Positions 37,272 through 45,729 of a DNA stretch of 64,000 nt are shown in pieces. The stretch spans positions 4,388 to 68,387 of the forward strand of contig JBIQKA010000014.1 in assembly GCA_044507075.1 (NCBI GenBank). Reading direction: 5' to 3'. The notes beneath the pieces were generated by a model. That model made no database searches. It was given only the letters and a program-made list of their open reading frames with translations, and was not told where the DNA came from. Position numbers and translations under genes: made by a program. The stretch is from Myxococcales bacterium (GTDB lineage: Bacteria; Myxococcota_A; Polyangia; Polyangiales; DASUME01). Every line of letters starts with the position of its first letter. Within the stretch, counting starts at the first letter, position 1.

Positions 37272-37781
37272 ATGCTCTACGACGTCACCATCACGCAGTT
37301 CTCCAAGATGCTTCAGAACCTCAACGCCATCCTGGACAAGGGCCAGGCGCACGCGGACGCCAAGAAGTACGACAGTGAGGTCTTGCTGCAGTCTCGGCTT
37401 GCGCCCGATCAGTTCGCGCTCTTGAAGCAAATCCAGATCGCCTGCGACACCGCCAAGAACGGAGCCGCACGCCTCACGGGCAAGGAGCCGCCCGTGCACG
37501 AAGACAACGAAAAGACGCTGGCCGACGCCAAGGCACGCATCACGAAGGCCCTCGAATACCTTGCAAGTTTCAGCGCCGCCGACTTCGCTGGCTCCGAGCT
37601 GCGGCGCATCACCCAACCCCGCTGGGCAGGAAAGACGTTGAGCGGCCAGGAGTTCGCGCTTCAACACATGATGCCGAACTTCTACTTCCACGTGACGACC
37701 GCCTACTCCATCCTGCGTCACAGCGGGGTCGAGCTGGGCAAAAAGGACTACCTCGGGCCGATGCCCTACCGCGAGGGCTGA
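37272..37781 (+). CDS. DUF1993 family protein
   Basis: MLYDVTITQFSKMLQNLNAILDKG...RLAPDQFALLKQIQIACD...MPNFYFHVTTAYSILRHSGVELGKKDYLG is the typical DUF1993 pattern. Confidence 0.7.
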   Translation: MLYDVTITQFSKMLQNLNAILDKGQAHADAKKYDSEVLLQSRLAPDQFALLKQIQIACDTAKNGAARLTGKEPPVHEDNEKTLADAKARITKALEYLASFSAADFAGSELRRITQPRWAGKTLSGQEFALQHMMPNFYFHVTTAYSILRHSGVELGKKDYLGPMPYREG

Positions 37782-37874
37782 ACGCGGGCGCTTCTTCCCG
37801 CGGCCACGTTTCCCCCAGGCCGCGCTCCACGTTTCCCCGGGCCGCACTCAATCTAGGGCATATAATCCAGCAAG

Positions 37875-40178
37875 ATGCTCTCGAGAGAAGAGTTTGCGTG
37901 CATCTTCCGCGATCAACTCGAGGTGCGCCTCGTGGTCGATCCCGGGGGCACGGTCATCCAAGCCACCACTGGATACTTGCACGCGAGCGGCTTGAAAGCC
38001 GAGGCGGTCCTCGGTCGAGAGATGTGGTCGTGTCCTCCCTTTGCGGGCGATGCGCATCTCGCGGCACAGGCGCGAAGCCTGATGGAGACCAGCCTTCGCC
38101 TCCGCCTGCCCCAGGCCGTTTCACTCACGCGCGATGAAGGCACGCCCGGTCGCTGGGGCCACCTGGAAGCCTTGCCCGTCTGCGTGGAGGGCGCGCGCGT
38201 GCGATTTCAAGTGCTCACGCTGCAGCCCCACCGAGCCGCGAGCCTCGAAGAGGCCGCGCGAGCGCGCAGGCTCAGCAAGCTGATCGAGCACAGCTACGAC
38301 GCGCTCGCGCTGTTCGACAACCGGGGAAACGCCCTCTACGCGAGCCCGTCCTTCCGTCACCTGCTCGGGCTCGACTCGGCCGCGGCCCATCCCCCCGTCA
38401 CGTTCTCCCACATGCATCCGGACGACCTGGTCGATTTCGCGGCCAAGCTGAGCGACCTCTACCTTCGTCCTGGCGGCTCCTTTCTCACGCGCATCCGCGT
38501 GCCCGATGGCGAAGGCGGCTTTCGCGTCGTGGAGCTACGCAACCGCAACTTGCTCGATGATCCCGACGTAGCCGCGCTCGTCTCCCACGCGCGCGACATC
38601 ACCGATGACGTCGCGCTCCACGATGAGCTCAGACGCGCGCAAGAGCGGGTGACGCTCGCGCTCTCGGCCGCGCACGCGTTGAGTTGGGACATCGATCTCA
38701 TCGGAGGCAAACACCACTTCTCCGAGGACCTGCGGGGTTACTTTGGGATCACGGAGGAGGCCCTCGAGCAGGAGGGCCCGATCGCCGCGGTCCACCCGGA
38801 CTCGCGCGAGGAGTTCGTGCGGCTCAGCCGGATCAGCAGGCAAGGCCTCGGCGACCTGAACACCGAGTTCCGGGGCCGTGATCGGGATGGCGAGGAGCGC
38901 TGGTACGCCTCCTTCGGGCGCGCCCTCCGCGATGAAGAAGGCAAGCCGATCCGCCTCGCCGGCGTCACCTGGGACATCACCGAGCAACGCAAGCTCCGGC
39001 TCGAACGGGCGGTTTTGGACCAGCGGATGCGGGAAAGTCAAAAGCTCGAGAGTCTGGGCGTCCTCGCGGGCGGCATCGCGCACGACTTCAACAACCTGCT
39101 GACGGCCATCCTGGGCCACGCGTGCCTGGCGCGCGCCCACCCTGCCGCGGCCGCCGTGCGGCATCACCTCGAGAACATCGAGGAGGCCTCCCAGCGGGCA
39201 TCGGACCTCTGCCGCCAGATGCTGGCCTACGCGGGCAAGGCCAAGTTCGTGCTCGGTGTCACCAACCTCAACCGCCTGATCGAAGACACCGTCCATCTGC
39301 TCAAGGTGTCCATCAGCAAGAAGGTTCAACTCACCTTCACGCTCGCCGACGATCTGCCGAACATCGTCGGCGACGCCACGCAACTCAGGCAGGTGTTGAT
39401 GAACCTGGTGTTGAACGCGTCCGAGGCGGTGGGGGATGCGAGCGGTACCATCGCCATTCGAACCGGCGTGATGTCGCACGAAGACATCAAGCTCACCGAA
39501 CTGTCGTCGGGCCATCTCGAACCGGGCGACTACGCGTTCCTCGAAGTCGAGGACTCCGGCATCGGCATGCCGGAAGAGACCCGCGCGCGCATCTTCGATC
39601 CCTTCTTCTCGACCAAGTTCACCGGGCGTGGCCTGGGGCTCTCCGCGGTGTTGGGGATCGTGCGAGGCCACCAGGGCGCGTTGCAGGTCAGGAGCACGCC
39701 GGGCCAAGGCTCATGTTTTACCATGCTGATCCCGGTCGCCCCGAACGCGGCGCTGGAGAACGTGCTCCCTGCTCCGATGGAGGGGCCGCCGCGCTACGAA
39801 GGAACCGTGTTGCTGGCGGAGGACGAGCCGGCCGTCCGTACGGTCACCAAACACATGCTCGAGCACCTCGGCTTCAGCGTCCTCACCGTGAGTGACGGCC
39901 AGGCCGCGATCGCGGCCTATCGGGAGCACATCGCCGCGCTGAGCCTCGTGTTGATGGATCTCACGATGCCTCGCCTCGACGGTCGCGAGGCGCTCTCCGT
40001 GATGCGGTCCTACGGCGCGCGGCTGCCGCACGTGATCCTCATGAGTGGCCACTCGGAGCAGGACGTCATGGCGCACTTCTCGGACGTGGCTGCCGTGAGC
40101 TTCTTGCAGAAACCCTTCACGCCAGAGCGTCTGCACGAGGAGATCGCGCGTGCCTGGCAAGGGCCTCGCACCGCGTGA
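37875..40178 (+). CDS. hybrid sensor histidine kinase/response regulator with multiple PAS domains
   Basis: Three PAS-like segments, H-box GGIAHDFNNLLTAILGH, N-box LMNLVLNASEA, DSGIGMP, GRGLGLSAV, and a C-terminal receiver VLLAEDEPAVR...LVLMDLTMPRLDG. Confidence 0.9.
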   Translation: MLSREEFACIFRDQLEVRLVVDPGGTVIQATTGYLHASGLKAEAVLGREMWSCPPFAGDAHLAAQARSLMETSLRLRLPQAVSLTRDEGTPGRWGHLEALPVCVEGARVRFQVLTLQPHRAASLEEAARARRLSKLIEHSYDALALFDNRGNALYASPSFRHLLGLDSAAAHPPVTFSHMHPDDLVDFAAKLSDLYLRPGGSFLTRIRVPDGEGGFRVVELRNRNLLDDPDVAALVSHARDITDDVALHDELRRAQERVTLALSAAHALSWDIDLIGGKHHFSEDLRGYFGITEEALEQEGPIAAVHPDSREEFVRLSRISRQGLGDLNTEFRGRDRDGEERWYASFGRALRDEEGKPIRLAGVTWDITEQRKLRLERAVLDQRMRESQKLESLGVLAGGIAHDFNNLLTAILGHACLARAHPAAAAVRHHLENIEEASQRASDLCRQMLAYAGKAKFVLGVTNLNRLIEDTVHLLKVSISKKVQLTFTLADDLPNIVGDATQLRQVLMNLVLNASEAVGDASGTIAIRTGVMSHEDIKLTELSSGHLEPGDYAFLEVEDSGIGMPEETRARIFDPFFSTKFTGRGLGLSAVLGIVRGHQGALQVRSTPGQGSCFTMLIPVAPNAALENVLPAPMEGPPRYEGTVLLAEDEPAVRTVTKHMLEHLGFSVLTVSDGQAAIAAYREHIAALSLVLMDLTMPRLDGREALSVMRSYGARLPHVILMSGHSEQDVMAHFSDVAAVSFLQKPFTPERLHEEIARAWQGPRTA

Positions 40179-40771
40179 GCAGGCTCGGGTGTCTCCTTTT
40201 CGCCTGGGCATGGGTCTTCGCCCTGCCCGCCTCCGATGTCCGAGCAGCCCCCATTCGGCTGCCGCTCGTCGTGCACATGGCGAGCGAAGGCGGGCGCGAT
40301 GTCGCGCCTCGAGAATTCGTCGAGACGCAGCTTCGGCGCGCCAACGAGATCTTCGCCCCCTACGGCGTGGCCTTCGAGCTCCGCGCGCTCGTGCGTACGA
40401 GTTCGCCGCCGCGGATGGAGAGCCGGGCCGACCGGAGCGCGCTCGCGCGGCACGAAATGGCCGGGGTCATCGATTGCTTCGTGGTGGCCTCACTGCGCGA
40501 CGTGGACGAGCCCGGTCGCATGCGGCAAGGCGTGCACTGGCACTCCGAGACGCGGCCGGGCGCCCATTACCTGATCCTGTCCGCGATCTCCGGGCCCGAC
40601 GTGCTGGCGCACGAACTCGGTCACTATCTCGGTAACCCGCGCCACAGCGACACGCCCGGGAACCTGATGAGCTACCAGCGCGGCGCCGTCCTGCCCTTCC
40701 TCGATGAGGTCCAACAGCGCAGGATGCGGCGGGCCATCCGGGCCTATCGCCGGAGCGGCGAGCTCGAGTGA
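40175..40771 (+). CDS. secreted zinc metalloprotease-like protein (HExxH)
   Basis: The GTG start overlaps the kinase stop (GTGA). Signal LLFAWAWVFALPASDVRA. Zinc motif VLAHELGHYLGNPRHSD followed by NLMSY (a Met-turn candidate). Confidence 0.55.
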   Translation: MSRLGCLLFAWAWVFALPASDVRAAPIRLPLVVHMASEGGRDVAPREFVETQLRRANEIFAPYGVAFELRALVRTSSPPRMESRADRSALARHEMAGVIDCFVVASLRDVDEPGRMRQGVHWHSETRPGAHYLILSAISGPDVLAHELGHYLGNPRHSDTPGNLMSYQRGAVLPFLDEVQQRRMRRAIRAYRRSGELE

Positions 40772-40787
40772 GCCTAAAGCCACGCCC

Positions 40788-41534
40788 TCACTTGGGCTCC
40801 ACCCCGTAGCGCTGGGCGAGCGCGCGCATCTCCCGGACCAGCGCGTACCAATCGGCGCCGGGGCGTTGGAGAAAGCCCCGGTTGATCGCCGCGTAGGCAC
40901 GCGCGCGTTCCCGTAGGGGCCCGAGGCATCCCGCTTGCTCCTGGTTGAACTTGGTGCCGGCGTAACAGGCCGGGAGATAGGCCGCGTAGCGCCGTTCGTC
41001 GTAGGCGCGCAGCTCCGGCAAGCTCATGGAGAGGCTCACCTGAGCGAGCCCCAGTTCGGCGGCGGGGGCGGGCTCGTTCTCCACCATGAACGTGAAATAG
41101 TCCGGGCGCCCACGGGCGCTGAGCGGACCGTTGGCCTCCGCGTAGATGCGCGCGACCCCCCGCTGGGGAGAGAAGATCTCGAGCCGGAAGGCCTCCGTGT
41201 CGCTGAGCGTGCAGTAGACGTTCACCACGATCACGCGCTGATTGCGGAACACGCAGGCGCGGGCGCGCTCGGCGCTGTGCCACTCGCCCGTGCCGAGGTA
41301 CTCCAGGGGCCCGGATCGCACGTCACCCAGGGCGTCCTCGGCCGAGTAAAGATCGTGAACCGGCGCAGGCTCGGGTGCAGGCGCCATCGGCGTGGGAGGA
41401 GCTCTCAAAGCCTCCGGAGGACGGTGCACCGCGCACGCGGACGCCGCCAACATGACCGCACAGATCGAGTGTCGCGCCACGGGGTTCGACCTCACGGGCG
41501 CAGCATAGCTCGGAACGAAGCGCTCGCGCAGCAC
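40788..41534 (-). CDS. hypothetical lipoprotein
   Basis: Lipobox AVMLAASACA, then a Pro-rich linker. No family recognised. Confidence 0.5.
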   Translation of the reverse strand: MLRERFVPSYAAPVRSNPVARHSICAVMLAASACAVHRPPEALRAPPTPMAPAPEPAPVHDLYSAEDALGDVRSGPLEYLGTGEWHSAERARACVFRNQRVIVVNVYCTLSDTEAFRLEIFSPQRGVARIYAEANGPLSARGRPDYFTFMVENEPAPAAELGLAQVSLSMSLPELRAYDERRYAAYLPACYAGTKFNQEQAGCLGPLRERARAYAAINRGFLQRPGADWYALVREMRALAQRYGVEPK

Positions 41535-41557
41535 GCGCTTGGTGCGTCTGGGACTTC

Positions 41558-42190
41558 ATGCCACCATCGGGGGAGCAAATGGGTCAGCTCTCTGAGCAGT
41601 CGAAGGCGCAACTGAGCAAGGCGGTAGCTGAAATCGAGCGATCGAGCGCCGCCGAAGTCGTGATCGCCGTACGCCCTCACGCCACCCCCATGCTCGCCCC
41701 CTGCGCCCTCGCGGGCCTGTCGTTCGGGCTCGCGGGGCTGGCCTTCCTCATGTTCAGCCCCTGGCCCTTCTCCCACCTTTCGATCTGGCTCGACACCGCG
41801 CTGCTCGCGCTGCTCGGGGCCTTCGTCTGTCGCCGCTTTGCGCGCGTGCGCAGGTGGTGCACGCCCCGCTCGCTCGCCCAGGAGTCCGTAAAGCGCGCGG
41901 CCCAGGCCGAGTTCGTGCAGTGCCGGGTGTTCGAGACACGCGAGCGCACTGGAATCCTCATCTACGTGGCCCAAACCGAGCGCCTCGCGAAGGTCCTGCC
42001 CGATCGGGGCGTGAGCGAGCGGGTGGACCAGGCTGAGTGGCACGCCGCCGTGGAGCGCATCGCCCAATCGGTCGCGAAGAGCGACGAAGGCTCTGAGCTC
42101 GCCAGCGCCGTCATGGGGCTCGCGCCGCTCCTCGGCGCAGCGCTGCCTCCGCGGGAGGATGATTTCAACGAGCTCGAGGATCTGGCATGA
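41558..42190 (+). CDS. TPM-domain membrane protein (COG3762-like)
   Basis: AVAEIERSSAAEVVIAVRP, then two TM helices, then FETRERTGILIYVAQTERLAKVLPDRGV. This is a TPM/DUF477 fold split by TM helices. Confidence 0.6.
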   Translation: MPPSGEQMGQLSEQSKAQLSKAVAEIERSSAAEVVIAVRPHATPMLAPCALAGLSFGLAGLAFLMFSPWPFSHLSIWLDTALLALLGAFVCRRFARVRRWCTPRSLAQESVKRAAQAEFVQCRVFETRERTGILIYVAQTERLAKVLPDRGVSERVDQAEWHAAVERIAQSVAKSDEGSELASAVMGLAPLLGAALPPREDDFNELEDLA

Positions 42191-43677
42191 GCAAGCTGCG
42201 CGCGCTCCTGGTCCTCATGGGCCTGTTGGCCCCCGTGGCCCACGCCCTGGCCCGTCCCGGGGGCGGTCAGACCTTCGGCTCGGACGACTTTCCCGCGGGA
42301 GGGGGAGATGGCGGCGGAGGCGACGGCGGAGCCGAGCTCATCATCTTCTTGCTCCGGCTGGTGATCGCGGTCCCGGAGCTCGGCGTCCCGGTCCTCTTGG
42401 TGGTGATCGTCGTCTGGTGGCGGAGCCAACGCGATCAACCGCAAAGCTGGACCTCACAACACGCATCCCGGGCGGGGAACGTCGCGCCCCGACAGCCTCG
42501 CCGCCCGAGCCCCAAGGCGGCGCTGCAGACGCTCTATGAGCTCGACCCCGACTTCTCACGGGTGATCTTCGACGACTTCTGCTTCCGGCTCTACGCCGCG
42601 AGCTACGGCGCGCGCGCCGATTCGCGCGCCATGTCCGCGCTCACGCCGTACCTCAGCGAACAAGTGCGGGCGAAGCTCATGGCCGAACCCCCGCGGGGAG
42701 TGGCGGGAACCCAGGTGGTCGTGGGCGCCATGGGGCTCTCCAATTTCGCGCTCGTGCCCGCGCACGGAGAGCAGCCGGCCCTCAGCTCACTCACGGTGAC
42801 GTATGAGGCCAACGTCAGCTTCGGCTCGCGCACCACCTACCGACGCGAGCGCTGGATCCTCAAGCGCCCCACGGACGCGCGCACCAAGCCCCCCGACGAG
42901 ACCGCCCGGCTCGGCTGCCCTAATTGCGGCGCGCCCTTCTCCTCCTCCGACGGGCGCCGCTGCGCGTACTGCGACCAGGTGGTCGCCGACGGCCGATTCG
43001 CCTGGCAGGTGGTCGAACGACAGCTGCTCTCGGTGGAGGCGCGTCCGCCTTCGCTCACGAGCAACGTCCGGGAGCAGGGCACCGATCGGCCAACCGTGCG
43101 CGATGCGGATGTGGAACGCGACTTGGCCGCGCTCGAGGCTGACGACCCCGCCGTGACCCGCGATGCGCTCCAGGCCCGAGTTCGCTACCTGTACGACGAG
43201 CTCAACGGCGCCTACAGCTCCGGCAACGTGCCCGCCCTGCGCGCGCTCACCTCGGACGGCATGTTCGACTATCTGCGCTACTGGCTCGACGCCTACGGCG
43301 CGCAGAACCTGCACAACGCCCTCGAGGGCATGCGCATCACGCGCCTCGAGTTCGTGAAGGTGGTCCGAGACAAGCACTTCCACGCGGTCACCGTGCGTCT
43401 GTGGGGGACGGGGCGCGACTACACGCGGAACGTCACGACCGGCCAGATCGTCTCTGGTTCGGCCACCGCCGAGCGTGTTTACTCCGAGTATTGGACCCTG
43501 ATACGCGGCGCACAGACGCGGGGCCCGTCGCACAATCAGGGGACGTGCCCGAGCTGCGCCGCTCCGCTTACCATCTCCATGGCCGGGACCTGTAGCCACT
43601 GCGGAAGTCACCTGACCCGCGGCGAATTCGACTGGGTCCTGAGCAAGATCGAACAAGACGACGTGTACGAGGGTTGA
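42187..43677 (+). CDS. membrane protein with two Tim44-like domains, each followed by a zinc ribbon
   Basis: The ATGA overlaps the upstream gene. Signal plus a Gly-rich stretch plus a TM helix. Zinc ribbons CPNCGAP..CAYCDQ and CPSCAAP..CSHCGSH. The Tim44-like block VTVRLWGTGRDYTRNVTTGQIVSGS...EYWTLIRG. Confidence 0.55.
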   Translation: MSKLRALLVLMGLLAPVAHALARPGGGQTFGSDDFPAGGGDGGGGDGGAELIIFLLRLVIAVPELGVPVLLVVIVVWWRSQRDQPQSWTSQHASRAGNVAPRQPRRPSPKAALQTLYELDPDFSRVIFDDFCFRLYAASYGARADSRAMSALTPYLSEQVRAKLMAEPPRGVAGTQVVVGAMGLSNFALVPAHGEQPALSSLTVTYEANVSFGSRTTYRRERWILKRPTDARTKPPDETARLGCPNCGAPFSSSDGRRCAYCDQVVADGRFAWQVVERQLLSVEARPPSLTSNVREQGTDRPTVRDADVERDLAALEADDPAVTRDALQARVRYLYDELNGAYSSGNVPALRALTSDGMFDYLRYWLDAYGAQNLHNALEGMRITRLEFVKVVRDKHFHAVTVRLWGTGRDYTRNVTTGQIVSGSATAERVYSEYWTLIRGAQTRGPSHNQGTCPSCAAPLTISMAGTCSHCGSHLTRGEFDWVLSKIEQDDVYEG

Positions 43678-43698
43678 GGGAACGAAAGGCAAGGCACG

Positions 43699-44820
43699 AT
43701 GGGAATTCTGAACTCGTTGCGCAACGAGCTGGTCGACATCGTCGAGTGGGTCGACGACAGCAAACACACCCTGGTCTGGCGCTTCCCGCGCTATCAGAAC
43801 GAGATCAAGAACGGCGCCCAGCTGATCGTCCGCCCGGGCCAGGAAGCCATCTTCGTGGACCAGGGCAAGATCGCGGACGTGTTCCAGCCGGGACGCTACG
43901 AGCTCAAGACCGCGAACATCCCCATCCTCTCCACGTTGCGCGGCTGGAAACACGGCTTCGATAGCCCCTTCAAGTGCGAGGTCTACTTCGTCTCTACCCG
44001 CACGCTCACCGACCTCAAGTGGGGCACGCCCAACCCCATCATGATGCGCGACGCCGAGTTCGGCCCCATCCGCCTGCGCGCCTTCGGCAACTACACCCTG
44101 CGCGCGATCGACGCCAAGGCGCTCTTGCGCGAGCTCGTGGGCACCGACGGCATCTTCGAGGCCGAAGAGGTCACCGAGCTGTTGCGCTCGGTGATCGCGT
44201 CGACCTTCGCGGAGGTGCTCGGCAAGGCCCAGATCGGCGCGCTCGACCTGGCCGCCAAATACACCGAGCTCGCTGAGGCGCTGCGCAAGGAGGTCTGCTC
44301 GCGCATCGACGACGAGTACGGCCTCGACGTCCCGGCGCTGCAGATCGTGAACATCGCCCTCCCGGAGTCCGTGGAGAAGGCGATCGACACGCGCAGCCAG
44401 ATGGGCGTCATCGGCGATCTCAACCGCTACCAGCAGTTCCAGGTGGCCAACGCCATCACGCAGGCAGCACAAAACCCGGGTGGCGGCGCTGCGAGCGAGG
44501 GTCTCGGGCTCGGCATCGGGTTCGCGATGGCCAATCAGATGGCGCGCGGGCTCGGGGGCGCTGGCTTTGGCGCAGCCCCCATGCCCCCACCCCCGCCGGC
44601 CAGCGTGGCGTGGCACGTGACTGCCAATGGACAATCCATGGGCCCCTTCTCCACCGAGCAGCTCGCGCAAGCGATCCAACAGGGACAGGTCACGGCGAGC
44701 ACGCTGGTATGGAGCGCGGGCATGGCGGGCTGGACCGCCGCGTCGCAGGTCCCCCAGCTCGCGAGCTTTTTTGGCCCGCCTCCACCGCCACCGGCACCGC
44801 CTCCGCCACCCGCTCCCTGA
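43699..44820 (+). CDS. SPFH/Band-7 domain protein (COG4260, YdjI-like) with C-terminal GYF_2 domain and poly-Pro tail
   Basis: N-terminus GILNSLRNELVDIVEW...LVWRFP...IKNGAQLIVRPGQEAIFV. C-terminus WHVTANGQSMGPFSTEQLAQAIQQGQVTASTLVWSAGMAGWTAASQVPQL matches the GYF_2 consensus. Confidence 0.8.
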   Translation: MGILNSLRNELVDIVEWVDDSKHTLVWRFPRYQNEIKNGAQLIVRPGQEAIFVDQGKIADVFQPGRYELKTANIPILSTLRGWKHGFDSPFKCEVYFVSTRTLTDLKWGTPNPIMMRDAEFGPIRLRAFGNYTLRAIDAKALLRELVGTDGIFEAEEVTELLRSVIASTFAEVLGKAQIGALDLAAKYTELAEALRKEVCSRIDDEYGLDVPALQIVNIALPESVEKAIDTRSQMGVIGDLNRYQQFQVANAITQAAQNPGGGAASEGLGLGIGFAMANQMARGLGGAGFGAAPMPPPPPASVAWHVTANGQSMGPFSTEQLAQAIQQGQVTASTLVWSAGMAGWTAASQVPQLASFFGPPPPPPAPPPPPAP

Positions 44821-44855
44821 GCGGGCTTGCTGAACGAGGGGCGCGGGTGAGGTCG

Positions 44856-45221
44856 CTACAGCCCCGCCTCCAGCGCCATCTGAGTCGGATCGGCAGGGTC
44901 GAGCCATACCTGGACCTGCTGCCCGGGCTGAAAACGCGGCAGATGGACGGCGGAGATGCAATCCTCGATCTCGCCGCGTACCTTCTGTCCACCGAGCTCG
45001 ACCTCGACGGTGACCAGCACGACAGGATCCTGGTTGAAGCGGTCCCCGGTATCCACCAGGGAAACCACGCTCCCGGTGTGCACGTTGCCATGCTCGCGAA
45101 TGCTGGCTGCGCGCATATCCTTGTAAAGAGGTGGGCCGAGCACGACGGCGAGCAGACCGATGACCAGGGCGGCGACCCAGACGGTGCCTGCGCTCGATTT
45201 GGCCTCCGAGGTGGAAGTCAT
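44856..45221 (-). CDS. DUF3592-like single-pass membrane protein
   Basis: Start MTSTSE at 45221 (ATGA overlap with the upstream gene). TM VWVAALVIGLLAVVLG, then HTGSVVSL...VQVWLDPADP. Confidence 0.5.
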   Translation of the reverse strand: MTSTSEAKSSAGTVWVAALVIGLLAVVLGPPLYKDMRAASIREHGNVHTGSVVSLVDTGDRFNQDPVVLVTVEVELGGQKVRGEIEDCISAVHLPRFQPGQQVQVWLDPADPTQMALEAGL

Positions 45222-45664
45222 ACCATCGCTTTTCGGGCGCGTGCGGTGGCTTCCTGCAGCGCGCGCTCGTAGGCCGCGGGCTCCGAGAGCGGCAGGATCA
45301 TGTTGCCGATCAGCGGATTGACGAGGTTGATGCCCATGCGCACCAGACTCGAACGGAACAGGATGGGCACCTGATGGTAGTGACCGCGCTGGCGTCGGAA
45401 CCAATCGGTCCAGGTCTTGCGAAACTCGGTCGCATACCCCTGTAGCTCATGCGCGTCGACGCACAGGGAGACCTTGTGTCCTTCCCGGATCCGCTGATCG
45501 AGCAGCTCACAGATCGGCGCGACGAAGTCGGCATGGGCCAGACCCACGTAGCGGATGTCGAGTACGCCCAACACGACCTCGCGCACTTGGGCGCTCCCGG
45601 CGCGCGCCTCCAAGCTGAACCCAGACGCTCCCAGGGGCGCTCTCTTGATCTTGTCTGTATGCAT
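45218..45664 (-). CDS. hypothetical cytoplasmic protein (possibly STAS/SpoIIAA-like)
   Basis: Coding-like frame, translationally coupled to the downstream gene. The family assignment is only a guess. Confidence 0.4.
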   Translation of the reverse strand: MHTDKIKRAPLGASGFSLEARAGSAQVREVVLGVLDIRYVGLAHADFVAPICELLDQRIREGHKVSLCVDAHELQGYATEFRKTWTDWFRRQRGHYHQVPILFRSSLVRMGINLVNPLIGNMILPLSEPAAYERALQEATARARKAMV

Positions 45665-45729
45665 CGCCCGGGGATTATACAGCTTGCGTCCCTCAAGCGG
45701 GCCAGCTGTCGCTCGTCACCGAAACGCCG

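Noticed and set aside
42787-44961. 724-aa minus-strand ORF
   Set aside because: It is antisense to the Tim44-like and SPFH genes, both of which have strong family motifs.
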